Positions 27,775-38,549 of a stretch of 61,360 nt of DNA are shown piece by piece (position 1 is the first letter of the stretch; every line of letters starts with the position of its first letter). The stretch spans positions 1 to 61,360 of the forward strand of contig JAHBWQ010000001.1 in the NCBI GenBank assembly GCA_019636915.1. Reading direction: 5' to 3'. The translations under genes were made by a program, and so were the position numbers. Source of the stretch: Nitrospira sp. (GTDB lineage Bacteria > Nitrospirota > Nitrospiria > Nitrospirales > Nitrospiraceae). The notes below the pieces were generated by a model. It was not told the DNA's origin. It was given only the letters and a program-made list of their open reading frames with translations, and searched no databases.

Positions 27775-29841
27775 ATGTTTCAACAGACAAGATCCATTCT
27801 GCACTCGATCCATGTTCTGGTGGTATGCCTTACTGGATTAGTCAGCCTGCTGCCTTCGAGTGAGATAACATTTGCCGCGAACGCTGATCCAGCCCAAGAG
27901 ACGCCCCCTGAATTGACGGCACTCAGCCTGGAAGAGCTAATGAAAGTGGAAGTCACATCTGTCAGTAAACAAGCGCAACCACTCTTCCAAGCCGCAGCAG
28001 CCATCTTTGTCATCTCTCAAGAAGATATCCGACGATCGGGCGTCACCACGATTCCGGAAGCCCTTCGCATGGCACCAGGCATTCAAGTTGCCCGCCTCGA
28101 TACCCATCGGTGGGCCGTCAGCTCACGGGGGTTCAACGGTGAATTCGCCAACAAACTACTCGTACTGATTGACGGACGAACGGCCTATTCACCGTTGTTC
28201 TCAGGTGTGTTCTGGGACGCGCAAGACACGGTGTTAGAAGACATCGATCGTATCGAAATCATTCGTGGGCCAGGCGCTTCACTCTGGGGAGCCAATGCCG
28301 TGAACGGCGTCATCAATGTCATCACCAAGAAAGCCAAGGACACACAAGGCCTCCTCGCCGTTGTTGGCGGTGGCACTGAGGAACGGGCATTTACCACGCT
28401 CCGCTATGGAACCTCAGTGGGAGAGCACACCCATGCCCGTCTTTACGGGAAGTTCTCGGAACGTGACGATTTCGTTCGGTCCGATGGTACACCCGGAGAG
28501 GACGACTGGCGAAACGGCAGAGGAGGATTCCGCCTTGACCACGAACTCTCCTCACGGGACAGCCTGACCGTACAGGGCGATTACTACAGAGGCTCAGAAG
28601 GATTCAGGTTCGCGGAACCGCTTCTCACGACACCCTTCAGTCAGTCGATTCGTGACAGGTGGAGTTACTCCGGAGGCAATGTCCTCTCACGTTGGAAACA
28701 CGCCTTTTCAGACAGCTCCTCTCTCCTTGTCCAAACCTATTACGATCGAACTGAACGGGAGAGTCGTCTATTCAATGAGCGACGAGACACCTTTGACATC
28801 GATCTCCAACACTCGTTTGCATGGGGCCAGACCCACCGCGTCATCTGGGGACTTGGCTATCGATTCACGACCGACCACATCGTCAATTCCACCACCATCC
28901 GCACGACTCCCACTAGTCGTGTGTTGAATCTCTTCAACGGATTCGTTCAGGACGAGTTCACCCTTATCCCCAATACCCTGGCATTAACCGCTGGGACAAA
29001 AGTCGAACATAACGATTTTACAGGGTGGGTTGTGCAGCCTAGCGGTCGTCTGCGTTGGACCCCAACCCAGGCTCTGATGTTTTGGGGAGCTATTTCTCAT
29101 GCGATCCGCACTCCCTCGCGTGCTGAGGACGATTCCACACTCGACCAGATTGCCTTGCCACCGAATGCCCTGTTCCCAGGAGCGCCAGTCGCGTTGACGA
29201 CATTCGGAGGCCAGCGTGGGTTCCGTAATGAGTCGTTGCTGGCCTATGAGATCGGCACACGCTATCAACCGGTCGAGGCCTGGTCTATCGACATCTCGGC
29301 ATTCTACAACCGATACGATCGCCTCAGAAGCATCGAGCCTGGCACTTCCTCGCTCGCGACGAATCCACTGCCGCCACATTTGCTGATCCCTTTCGTGGCG
29401 AGCAATAAGCTGGCTGCTGAAACCCATGGGGTGGAAGTGTCGTCAGAGTGGCACCCCATCGACCGGTGGCATCTGCAAGCGACCTACTCCTATTTGAGAA
29501 TCCAGATGATCACCGGCGCCTCATTGGATCCCACGGGACGAAATGCCAATGGAGACAGCCCGCAACACCAAGCATCCCTCCGGTCCCTCATGCAACTCCC
29601 CGGCAATATCGAACTCGATCTGTGGGGTCGGTTTGTGGATCGACTGCCGGCGTTGAACATCCCGGCATACATCAGTATGGACACCAGACTCGGCTGGAAA
29701 CCAAGCAAGAATGTTGAGGTCTCCATTGTTGGGCAAAACCTGCTCGAATCCAGACGGCCTGAGTTCGCCACCTCCTTTGTGGCACAGAACGGAACCGAGG
29801 TTCAGCGGGGAACCTATATCAAATTAACCTGGCGGCACTGA
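27775..29841 (+). CDS. TonB-dependent receptor 1
   Basis: LSLEELMKVEVTSVSK; plug motif IEIIRGPGASLWGANAVNGVINVITK; C-terminal YIKLTWRH; alternative TTG start at 27730. Confidence 0.93.
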   Translation: MFQQTRSILHSIHVLVVCLTGLVSLLPSSEITFAANADPAQETPPELTALSLEELMKVEVTSVSKQAQPLFQAAAAIFVISQEDIRRSGVTTIPEALRMAPGIQVARLDTHRWAVSSRGFNGEFANKLLVLIDGRTAYSPLFSGVFWDAQDTVLEDIDRIEIIRGPGASLWGANAVNGVINVITKKAKDTQGLLAVVGGGTEERAFTTLRYGTSVGEHTHARLYGKFSERDDFVRSDGTPGEDDWRNGRGGFRLDHELSSRDSLTVQGDYYRGSEGFRFAEPLLTTPFSQSIRDRWSYSGGNVLSRWKHAFSDSSSLLVQTYYDRTERESRLFNERRDTFDIDLQHSFAWGQTHRVIWGLGYRFTTDHIVNSTTIRTTPTSRVLNLFNGFVQDEFTLIPNTLALTAGTKVEHNDFTGWVVQPSGRLRWTPTQALMFWGAISHAIRTPSRAEDDSTLDQIALPPNALFPGAPVALTTFGGQRGFRNESLLAYEIGTRYQPVEAWSIDISAFYNRYDRLRSIEPGTSSLATNPLPPHLLIPFVASNKLAAETHGVEVSSEWHPIDRWHLQATYSYLRIQMITGASLDPTGRNANGDSPQHQASLRSLMQLPGNIELDLWGRFVDRLPALNIPAYISMDTRLGWKPSKNVEVSIVGQNLLESRRPEFATSFVAQNGTEVQRGTYIKLTWRH

Positions 29842-29870
29842 AGAAGTCGCATGACGCCAAACCGAGACTG

Positions 29871-31889
29871 ATGAAACACATGACCGTCAGAAAAACATAC
29901 CTGTGGTTTGTACTAACGATAGCCATAGCATTACTCTGGTCCCTCTTCTCAATAGTCGGTCACGGCATCTCAGAATGGTCAATGGCTCACGCTGCGGATG
30001 TCCCTGCGCCAATTGCAGAATCCATACAAGACCTCACTGAACTCGGACTCGAAGACTTAATGAAGATCGAGGTGACCTCCGTCTCGAAGAAAGTCCAACC
30101 TCTATCACAAGCCAGCGCCGCCATCTTTGTCCTCACCCAAGAAGATATTCGCCGCTCCGGCGCCAATAGCATCCCCGAAGCGCTTCGAATGGTTCCAGGT
30201 CTCATCGTTGCCCGCATCGATGCCAATAAATGGGCCATCTCCTCCCGTTTCGATACCGGTCGGTTTGCAGATGATCTGTTGGTTATGATGGACGGCCGAA
30301 CCGTGTATTCCCCCTCTCTCGGAGGAACATTCTGGGAGGTGCAAGACACCATTCTCGAAGATATTGAACGCATCGAAGTGATTCGCGGTCCTGGAGGAAC
30401 CCTCTGGGGTGCCAATGCTGTCAACGGGGCAATCAATATCATCACCAAACGGGCGAAGGACACGCACGGCAACCTGATCACTCTTGGAGGTGGCACCGAG
30501 GAACGCGGCTTCACGTCGCTCCGTCATGGTGGCCACATCGGTGACACGTTCCACTACCGCGTCTTTGGGAAAGCCTTTGATCGGGACCGTAGTTTCAACC
30601 CCGAGGGGGCCCATGATGATTGGCGAATGGGACGTGCGGGATTCCGCGCTGATTGGGAGATCGGTCAACATGATCAACTGATGATTCACGCCGAGTCCTA
30701 TCAAGGCCGCGCAGGGCAACAAACCACCGTCCCGACTCTGGTCGCTCCCGACTTTTCTCGAACCGCTGCCGAAGACGCACGCCTTTCCGGCACGAACACC
30801 ATGCTCCGGTGGACGCATACCTTTCAGAAGGCCAACGAGTTGGCCGTTCAAGTCTACTATGACCGGATAGGCCGAAACGAACTCTCCTTCCATGAATCAC
30901 GTCAGACATATGACCTCGACTTGCAGCATCGATTCTCCCTCCCCTTCAACCAAGACGTGTTGTGGGGATTTGGCTATCGACACACAACCGATACGCTCAG
31001 CGAATCGGCCCTCTTGTCCTTTGATCCCTCGCAACGAACGCTCACCACCTTCAGCGGAATGCTGCAAGATGAGATCAGGTTGTTCAACGACAGCGTTCGG
31101 CTCACGATCGGATCGAAGTTTCTCAAACACACCTATACAAACCTTCTGATTCTCCCCAACATTCGAATGGCTTGGAGCCCTGTATCCAATCACACAATCT
31201 GGGGTGCCATTACTCGCTCAGCGCGTCTACCGACCAGACTGGAACGAGACGGATTGCAACGACTTACAGGTGGAGCCGGCGGATTCGAAGAACTCCGCGG
31301 CACCCCACAACTTCGAAGCGAAGATCTGATTGGCTACGAACTCGGCTATCGATCCCAATGGACTTCATCTCTATCAGCAGATATTGCCCTCAGTTACACG
31401 ACAGAACGATACAAGGCCGATGAGGCGGAACTTGCACCTGGGATCGAAGCGCGTGCCAGCAAAGGAAAGATGCATGGGTATGCCGCCGAAATTGCCATGA
31501 ACTGGCAACTCAGGGATTGGTGGCGGATACGACCGGCCTTTACCTACCTGTATGCACACGGGCATTCTGAAGCCGGCGAAGGCCACGACGATGAGTCCGG
31601 AGAAATACCCCGGTATCAACTATCCTTCCGCTCATTGATAAATCTGAGCAAGACGCTCGAATTTGACTCGACCTTTCGCTTTGTCGATCAGCTCGCAGGC
31701 GTGCAGGTTCCGTCCTACACCAACCTGGATCTGCGTCTTGGATGGAAACCGACCGAATCGATCGAACTATCGCTGGTGGGACACAATCTCTTAGCACAAC
31801 AGCATCTTGAATATATGCCACAGCTCCTCAATACCCAACCAGTCCAGATTCAACGAGGCATGTACGGGAAAGTGACATGGCGATTCTGA
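29871..31889 (+). CDS. TonB-dependent receptor 2 (paralog)
   Basis: LGLEDLMKIEVTSVSK; IEVIRGPGGTLWGANAVNGAINIITK; C-terminal YGKVTWRF. Confidence 0.93.
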   Translation: MKHMTVRKTYLWFVLTIAIALLWSLFSIVGHGISEWSMAHAADVPAPIAESIQDLTELGLEDLMKIEVTSVSKKVQPLSQASAAIFVLTQEDIRRSGANSIPEALRMVPGLIVARIDANKWAISSRFDTGRFADDLLVMMDGRTVYSPSLGGTFWEVQDTILEDIERIEVIRGPGGTLWGANAVNGAINIITKRAKDTHGNLITLGGGTEERGFTSLRHGGHIGDTFHYRVFGKAFDRDRSFNPEGAHDDWRMGRAGFRADWEIGQHDQLMIHAESYQGRAGQQTTVPTLVAPDFSRTAAEDARLSGTNTMLRWTHTFQKANELAVQVYYDRIGRNELSFHESRQTYDLDLQHRFSLPFNQDVLWGFGYRHTTDTLSESALLSFDPSQRTLTTFSGMLQDEIRLFNDSVRLTIGSKFLKHTYTNLLILPNIRMAWSPVSNHTIWGAITRSARLPTRLERDGLQRLTGGAGGFEELRGTPQLRSEDLIGYELGYRSQWTSSLSADIALSYTTERYKADEAELAPGIEARASKGKMHGYAAEIAMNWQLRDWWRIRPAFTYLYAHGHSEAGEGHDDESGEIPRYQLSFRSLINLSKTLEFDSTFRFVDQLAGVQVPSYTNLDLRLGWKPTESIELSLVGHNLLAQQHLEYMPQLLNTQPVQIQRGMYGKVTWRF

Positions 31890-32521
31890 CCCATCATCGC
31901 ACCACGCTTCGTCCTGTTCAGACAGCTGAACGAGGTCTGCCTGCCGAAACGTGGCTGGGATGGATGCCTGTGTCCGCACGGCGTCTGGTTGGCCTGATCT
32001 GCCTCCTGACGTTCTTAGGGCTTCAAGTAACTCCTCAGACCATGGCCCAGGACCGCAACGGAGAATATGCGTTGAAAGCCGCCTTCCTCTATAACTTCGC
32101 CAAGTTCGCCGAATGGCCAGCTGCATCGTTTTCCGACAGTCATGCTCCCTTCGTCATCTGCCTAGCCGGGAATGATCCCTTTGGTCCCAACCTCAAAAGC
32201 CTGGAGGGGAAACTGGTCAAAGATCGGCCGCTGGTGACGAAGCCTATCCATACTGATGACAATCTCATCAGTTGCCACATCCTGTATATCGGTCCCGATG
32301 AACTCAAGCAGACGCGCAACATCTTGCAGGCGCTTCAGACGTCACCAGTCCTGACCGTCTGCGATACTGAAGGCTGCGCAGAGACAGGAATCATCCTCAA
32401 CATGCGGATGGTCGAGAACCGAGTCGCGCTGGACTTAAACCTGGACGCAGTCCAACAGACCCAACTAAAACTCAGCTCCCAGCTGATTAGGCTCACGCGT
32501 ATCGTGAAAGGACAACCATAA
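31877..32521 (+). CDS. YfiR-family periplasmic protein
   Basis: [19 protein letters not shown], Cys residues (FVIC, SCHILYI) and [10 protein letters not shown]; true start may be downstream. Confidence 0.92.
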   Translation: MAILTHHRTTLRPVQTAERGLPAETWLGWMPVSARRLVGLICLLTFLGLQVTPQTMAQDRNGEYALKAAFLYNFAKFAEWPAASFSDSHAPFVICLAGNDPFGPNLKSLEGKLVKDRPLVTKPIHTDDNLISCHILYIGPDELKQTRNILQALQTSPVLTVCDTEGCAETGIILNMRMVENRVALDLNLDAVQQTQLKLSSQLIRLTRIVKGQP

Positions 32522-32522
32522 G

Positions 32523-35324
32523 ATGTGGCGCCGGTTCGGCGACTGGCCGATCGAAAAAAAGCTGACAGGTCTTGGCCTCTTGTCTACCGGCCTGGCCCTG
32601 CTCGTAGTCCTCGTTGTGTTCGTCATCAACGACCAGCTCTCAGTTCGTGTCACGGTTGAGAGCCGTATGGCCGCACTCGCTGATGTCATCGGTACCAATA
32701 GCACCGCAGCCCTGACGTTCAGGGATCACAAAACAGCCCGCGAAACGCTCTCCGCCCTTCGCCAGGAGCCGCACGTCGTGTCCGCCTTCACGATAGACGT
32801 CGACCGGAAGACGTTTTCCACGTACATCAACCCCGAGTACGCTGGCTCTACACCCAGTATTTTAGAAACACCATCTGGCATAGAGTTGTCCACGACACGA
32901 CAGAGTCGCATCGTCGATGACTTTTTGGAGGTCTCGACACCGATTATCCTCGATGGGCAGCGCATCGGCTGGATCTTACTCCGATCAGACCTCACGGAAG
33001 TCGATCAAAGGCTGAGACGGTCTGGGACAATCGCGCTTGCGATCTTTATCGCGTCAGGACTTTTGGCGCTGTTCATCTCACGACAACTCCAACGTATCAT
33101 CACCGTCCCGCTCCTCGGCCTCGTCGCAACCATGCGGGAGATTTCAGAGACAAAAAATTACTCTCTGCGGGCGGCCCCGCTGCCCACTCACGATGAGATC
33201 GATGTGCTGACCGGCGGACTGAACGCCATGCTGGCACAGATTCAGCTACAACATGAGCAGCTGGCACGGCACAGGGAGGAACTGGAAACGAAGGTCACGG
33301 AGCGCACCCGCGACCTCGTTCAGGCAAAGGAGGCGGCCGAAGCAGCAAGCGTCACCAAGTCGCAGTTTCTCGCGAACATGAGCCACGAAATCCGTACCCC
33401 GATGAACGGAGTCTTGGGCATGACGGAGCTCTTGCTGACCACCCAGTTGAACCAACGCCAACGTCACATGGTCGACACTGTCCATCGATCCGGAACCGCC
33501 TTGCTGGGGATTATCAACGACATTCTTGATTTTTCAAAGATCGAGGCAGGCAAACTTGAATTGGATCGGATTAAGTTCGACCTCCGGCAAACCATTGAGG
33601 AAGCCGTGGAGCTCTTTTCCAAACCTGCGGGGGAAAAGGGATTGGAGTTAACCTGTTATGTGCCGGAAGAGATACCCGATACGGTGATCGGCGATCCGAT
33701 GCGACTGAGACAGATCTTGCTGAACCTCGTGGGAAACGCTGTAAAGTTCACCGAACAAGGAGAGGTTTCGGTCCAGGTGCGTTGTGTGTCCAAGGAGGCT
33801 GAACGGGTGACCTTGAAATGCGAAGTGCGGGACACCGGCATCGGGATTGCACCCGAGGCTCAGACGAGGCTGTTTTCGGCGTTTTCACAAGCAGACGGCT
33901 CGACGACTCGACGATTCGGCGGTACTGGTCTCGGGTTGGCCATCGTCCGTCAACTGGTGCACCTGATGGGCGGCACGGTCGGGATCGAGAGCATACCAGG
34001 CCAAGGATCCACCTTTTCGTTTACGATGCAACTGAGATACGAGCCAAGACACCAGTCATCGGAGACGACATCAACGCAATCCCTTGCCGGTACTCGGGTC
34101 CTGATCGTCGATGACAATGCCACCAATCGGTTCATTCTGGAATCCCAGCTGATGGCCTGGGAGGCTAATCCCCTCAGCGCCTCCAGTGCAATAGCTGCCT
34201 TAGAACAACTGAACCAGGCCGTGACCGCGGGCAAGCCTGTGGACATCGTCATCCTCGACATTCACATGCCCGATATCGACGGCATCATGCTGTCGAGAAT
34301 GATCAAGGCCGACCCTCTTTTTACCAACATTCCTCTGTTGGCTCTCAGCTCGATCGACCAACCGTCGTCTGGGGAGGAGACGAACTCATCGCATTTTTTT
34401 GCCTGGCTCCGGAAACCGGCTCGACAGTCCCTCCTTCGAGATTGCTTACTGCGGCAACGGTACGCCTTGCCGGAAACAGCACCCCTCACGAAACAGCCGG
34501 AACCACAACCGCCCGTACTCAGAGCTCACGTCCTTCTCGCTGAAGACAATCCGGTCAATCGTGAAGTCGCATTGGGGATGCTGGAACTCCTAGGTTGCCG
34601 CGTCGACATGGCCGAGAATGGCTGCCAAGCTGTTGAGGCTGTCTCGAAGCACCACTACGATCTCGTGTTGATGGATTGTCAGATGCCGATCCTGGATGGG
34701 TATGCTGCGACCGCTGAGATTCGACGTCATGAACGATCAATCGATGCCGGTCGTCATGTTCCCATCATCGCCTTAACCGCGCATGCCATGGAGGGTGACC
34801 GGGAGAAATGCTTGGCCGCTGGAATGGACGACTACCTCTCGAAACCGTTTTCGCAGGACAGCTTGCAGGCCACCATACGTCGGTGGGGCAACACGAAGCC
34901 GACGGATTCTCCGCCCAGTTCTCAGACACTCGATGAACAGATCGCCCCAACAACTCCCTTAGGAATTCCCATCATCGATGACGCCGTCTGGGAGAATCTG
35001 CTGGCCATGGAACGAGCAGGCCGCTCGCACCCCCTGCACAAGATTCTCTCACTCTATCTCTCAGATTCCAGGCGACTCATTGAAGTGATTCGTGATGCGA
35101 TCCAGGCAGGAAATGGAGCCGCGCTCACAGATGGGGCGCACCAATTGAAATCAACAAGTGCACAAGTCGGGGCTCTCGCCGCCAGCTTTCAAGCAGGAAA
35201 AATCGAGCGACTCGCGCGACAACAGCAGCTGGATTCCGCCGCCAATCTGCTGAACCCGCTCATAGAAAGCGTCGAGCTGGCCTGCAAGATATTTGAAGCT
35301 AAGATCCGGGGGCGAGCGGCGTGA
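32523..35324 (+). CDS. Hybrid sensor histidine kinase (periplasmic sensor-HAMP-HisKA-HATPase-REC-REC-Hpt)
   Basis: Two TMs around an [10 protein letters not shown] sensor; [15 protein letters not shown]; GGTGLGL; REC Asp in ILDIHMPD and LMDCQMP; Hpt AHQLKS. Confidence 0.95.
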   Translation: MWRRFGDWPIEKKLTGLGLLSTGLALLVVLVVFVINDQLSVRVTVESRMAALADVIGTNSTAALTFRDHKTARETLSALRQEPHVVSAFTIDVDRKTFSTYINPEYAGSTPSILETPSGIELSTTRQSRIVDDFLEVSTPIILDGQRIGWILLRSDLTEVDQRLRRSGTIALAIFIASGLLALFISRQLQRIITVPLLGLVATMREISETKNYSLRAAPLPTHDEIDVLTGGLNAMLAQIQLQHEQLARHREELETKVTERTRDLVQAKEAAEAASVTKSQFLANMSHEIRTPMNGVLGMTELLLTTQLNQRQRHMVDTVHRSGTALLGIINDILDFSKIEAGKLELDRIKFDLRQTIEEAVELFSKPAGEKGLELTCYVPEEIPDTVIGDPMRLRQILLNLVGNAVKFTEQGEVSVQVRCVSKEAERVTLKCEVRDTGIGIAPEAQTRLFSAFSQADGSTTRRFGGTGLGLAIVRQLVHLMGGTVGIESIPGQGSTFSFTMQLRYEPRHQSSETTSTQSLAGTRVLIVDDNATNRFILESQLMAWEANPLSASSAIAALEQLNQAVTAGKPVDIVILDIHMPDIDGIMLSRMIKADPLFTNIPLLALSSIDQPSSGEETNSSHFFAWLRKPARQSLLRDCLLRQRYALPETAPLTKQPEPQPPVLRAHVLLAEDNPVNREVALGMLELLGCRVDMAENGCQAVEAVSKHHYDLVLMDCQMPILDGYAATAEIRRHERSIDAGRHVPIIALTAHAMEGDREKCLAAGMDDYLSKPFSQDSLQATIRRWGNTKPTDSPPSSQTLDEQIAPTTPLGIPIIDDAVWENLLAMERAGRSHPLHKILSLYLSDSRRLIEVIRDAIQAGNGAALTDGAHQLKSTSAQVGALAASFQAGKIERLARQQQLDSAANLLNPLIESVELACKIFEAKIRGRAA

Positions 35325-35343
35325 CTTCTTCGCCGCGGTGGAG

Positions 35344-35727
35344 TTATGCGGCCTCACCATCGTCTTTCGCTTTCTGGTAGGGTTCTTTCTCCAATTCCGT
35401 CGTCATCGCGCGAAGCCTGGCCCATTCCTCTGCTCCAAGGTTCACAAATTCACATCCAAAACTACCGTCCCGATACCACCTGACAATCGCGTGAGAGATC
35501 ACGATGGGAGACTCGTGATCAGACACGTGGACCCTCAACTGAAAAACCGTGCCCGGATTCACTTCAACCAAACTTCGGATGCGGCATCCCCGAATGGACA
35601 GTTCATTCAATGTCCCATCGCCGGACAGACTGTTCGCCGAACTGAATGAACTCCGAAACCCAACAGGGAATCTACGATCTCTCCGTTGTTCCATGATCCT
35701 CTCTCCTCTTTCAGAACCGACGTCCAT
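35344..35727 (-). CDS. PilZ-domain protein
   Basis: RRDRRF (RxxxR) and NELSIRGC (the D/ExSxxG-type second motif). Confidence 0.88.
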   Translation of the reverse strand: MDVGSERGERIMEQRRDRRFPVGFRSSFSSANSLSGDGTLNELSIRGCRIRSLVEVNPGTVFQLRVHVSDHESPIVISHAIVRWYRDGSFGCEFVNLGAEEWARLRAMTTELEKEPYQKAKDDGEAA

Positions 35728-35773
35728 TGTGTCTTCCCTCTCTGACGGGGTTCTAACGCTGCGTCAGAGGTAT

Positions 35774-37978
35774 CTAGGCTGCACGTCTCCCTCGCGTAGA
35801 GGCATCACCCTGAGTGAGCAATTGTACAAATTCTTCTGCCGGCATCGGACGCCCAAAGTAATGCCCTTGCGCTTGATCACATCCCTGTTCACGAAACATC
35901 TGTAACTGCGCTTCGGTTTCAATGCCTTCAACCAACACTGTCAGGTTCATGCTGTGCGCAAGGGAGACAATCGCGCGGGAGATCGACACATTGGCGACAT
36001 TCTGCGGCACATCGCAGGCGAATGATTGATCGATTTTGAGCATGTTCAAGGGAAACCGTTGTAGATGGCTCAAGGAGGAATACCCGGTTCCAAAATCGTC
36101 GATCGACAGTCGAACGCCCATCGCCCTCAACTGCTGCAACATCTCAATGGACGTTTCGACGTGGCGCATCGCAATCGACTCGGTCAGCTCTAACTCCAGA
36201 AATTCAGCATCAAACTGGGTCTCTTCCAAGGCTCGGGAAACGGCGGCCGTCAACGAGGACCCATGAAAGAAAGAATTTGAGATGTTGACCGACACCCGAA
36301 TGGGGGCATAACCGGCATCCTGCCAAGCCTTGCCTTGCCGGCACGCCATACCCAACACGGCTTCATCCAACTTTCGAATCATGCCCGTCTCGTTGGCAAC
36401 AGAAAGAAACACGGCCGGCATCAATAAGCCACGCAAGGGATGTTGCCATCGGACCAATGCCTCCGCACCGACGATCTTGCCGGTCTGCATGTCCACTTGG
36501 GGCTGGTAATGCACGACAAGCTCGCGATGATCCAACGCCTTTCGCAACTCATTTTCCATCTCAAGCCGTTCTGCAGCCATTGAATTCATGGTCGCCGAGT
36601 AAAACTGTGCGTTGTTCCGACCTCGCTCTTTCGCTTGATACATTGCGACATCGGAACTCTTCAGGAGTTGATCCACTGAGTCCCCATCGGTCGGAAAGAT
36701 CGCAATCCCCACACTGGTGGTCACCGCAATTTCATGACCGTCGATCAAGAATGGTCGTGCCAGCGATTCCAGAATACGCCTGGCAACCAGGCCAGCATCC
36801 TGAACCTGCCGGATGTTCGTCAACAAGACTGTAAATTCGTCTCCCCCCAGGCGAGCCAATTCATGGCCCTCGCCCTTCTCCACCGGCCGACTGACGGAAT
36901 CGCTGTGCCTGATCGATTCCGCCAAGCGATCTGCAACCTGTTTCAATAAGAGATCGCCGATGTTATGACCTAATGTGTCGTTGATGACTTTGAACCGGTC
37001 CAGGTCAAGAAACAACACGGCAAGCGTGGATTGGTAGCGACGTGCATGGGCGAGAGCCTGCGTGACACGATCTTTGAATAAGACGCGATTCGGCAACCCG
37101 GTCAGACTATCGTAATAGGCCAACCGATGGATTTCCCGCTCTGAGCGTTTCCGTTCACTGATGTCTTTGGCCGTCCCCACGATCGCCATGGTTTTCAGCA
37201 GATCATCAAAGACCGCCTCAGCCTGTAGATTCACCGTAAACTCACCCCCATGTGGAAACACAATGCGGTGATCGATGTCGCAAGGTTTCCGTTCCGCAAG
37301 GATCAATTGTAGAGCTCGGTCGACCAGATCACGATCATCCACATGGACCATGTCAAGAAACGCCTCTTTCGTCCCTCGAAAATCTTCCGATCGAATTCCC
37401 ACCAGCCGACAAAGTTCCGAGGACACGAGAAATTTCCCGGTGGAGGGATGCCATTCCCAGTTACCGATCTTGGCAATCCGTTGTGCCAATCCCAGGCGTG
37501 CCTCGCTACGGAGCAATGCATTAAGCATGAGGCTCCCTCGCAGCATATACCGAACTCGATGGCTGAGGATCGTCGCGTTCGTCGGTTTGGCGATGAAATC
37601 CGTGGCGCCGTACGCATAGGCACGGCCGATCGAGTCTTCATCATCCAAACCGGTCATGACCAGGATCGGCACACGTTTCCCCTCTACCGATTCCCGCAGC
37701 TTCATACAGACGGCAAATCCATCCATGACGGGCATGACCACATCCATGATGATCAGATCGGGACGCCGCGCGGAAAACTGCTCTAAGGCATGCGCCCCAT
37801 TTGATGCTTCGCATACCTCGAACCCGGCCTGCTCCAAAGCCTCGCGCACAAATATTCTGATCAGCTCGTCATCATCCACGACGAGGACGACGGCCGCTCC
37901 TGCTTCATCTACTCCTGGCATCTCCCGCTCGGTCTCACTCCGAAGACTTCTCGTTGGTCGTCCCTCTGGACGACTCAT
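35774..37978 (-). CDS. REC-PAS-GGDEF-EAL c-di-GMP cyclase/phosphodiesterase
   Basis: IIMDVVMP, YDSLTGLPNR, LGGDEF, AEALVRW and DDFGTGYSSL motifs. Confidence 0.95.
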   Translation of the reverse strand: MSRPEGRPTRSLRSETEREMPGVDEAGAAVVLVVDDDELIRIFVREALEQAGFEVCEASNGAHALEQFSARRPDLIIMDVVMPVMDGFAVCMKLRESVEGKRVPILVMTGLDDEDSIGRAYAYGATDFIAKPTNATILSHRVRYMLRGSLMLNALLRSEARLGLAQRIAKIGNWEWHPSTGKFLVSSELCRLVGIRSEDFRGTKEAFLDMVHVDDRDLVDRALQLILAERKPCDIDHRIVFPHGGEFTVNLQAEAVFDDLLKTMAIVGTAKDISERKRSEREIHRLAYYDSLTGLPNRVLFKDRVTQALAHARRYQSTLAVLFLDLDRFKVINDTLGHNIGDLLLKQVADRLAESIRHSDSVSRPVEKGEGHELARLGGDEFTVLLTNIRQVQDAGLVARRILESLARPFLIDGHEIAVTTSVGIAIFPTDGDSVDQLLKSSDVAMYQAKERGRNNAQFYSATMNSMAAERLEMENELRKALDHRELVVHYQPQVDMQTGKIVGAEALVRWQHPLRGLLMPAVFLSVANETGMIRKLDEAVLGMACRQGKAWQDAGYAPIRVSVNISNSFFHGSSLTAAVSRALEETQFDAEFLELELTESIAMRHVETSIEMLQQLRAMGVRLSIDDFGTGYSSLSHLQRFPLNMLKIDQSFACDVPQNVANVSISRAIVSLAHSMNLTVLVEGIETEAQLQMFREQGCDQAQGHYFGRPMPAEEFVQLLTQGDASTRGRRAA

Positions 37979-38277
37979 GCCGCTACCTTCTCCAAAAGTC
38001 CCCGGGGCGTTCGGCTGAGGGACTGATGTGTTGCTTCAACCTGATTGGTTACTTCCATACACAAGAAATGCGGTCCACGCCTCGTGCGACGACCGAAGAA
38101 GGTCGAGAGTTGTGGCGATGGGTCTACATTGCCCATGCAGCAATGCATTCCAGCGGAGAATGTGAGTCGCTTCAACCTATGCACTTGGGCGCACAAGGAA
38201 TGGATATTCCTCTTAGAGATTCTATCTCGATCAGCCCTCCGCCACACGTTCGACCATTCGGTTCTCTGCCCTGACAC
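37975..38277 (-). CDS. Possible hypothetical protein
   Basis: Only support is the ATGA overlap with the downstream gene; no motif recognised. Confidence 0.25.
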   Translation of the reverse strand: MSGQRTEWSNVWRRADRDRISKRNIHSLCAQVHRLKRLTFSAGMHCCMGNVDPSPQLSTFFGRRTRRGPHFLCMEVTNQVEATHQSLSRTPRGLLEKVAA

Positions 38278-38549
38278 CTGACGATACCAGCAATTTTTGA
38301 CGCGTAAAGAATTTGCCGAAAATTAGCTTTGCATCGTTGTGCAAACCAGCTGGGAGATTTCGTATGCTCAGGAAGAGCGCTGATTCTTTGGCGAGGCACT
38401 GCCCAGCACAACACCCACTATGTGGGAATAGCTTTGCACGCATGCTGAAAGACACAAGCGGGATTCGAACGAACGCACGGAGGCCTGCTCACGACACAGC
38501 TCAGCGAGCGGCGCGCTCAGCCTGTATCTCTTTTCGTGGCACAAGAGGA

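Noticed and set aside
38423-38438. Sigma54-like TGGGAATAGCTTTGCA near rtcB
   Set aside because: It is on the plus strand downstream of rtcB and points antisense, so it cannot be an RtcR-type rtcB promoter. It also mismatches the -24 box.
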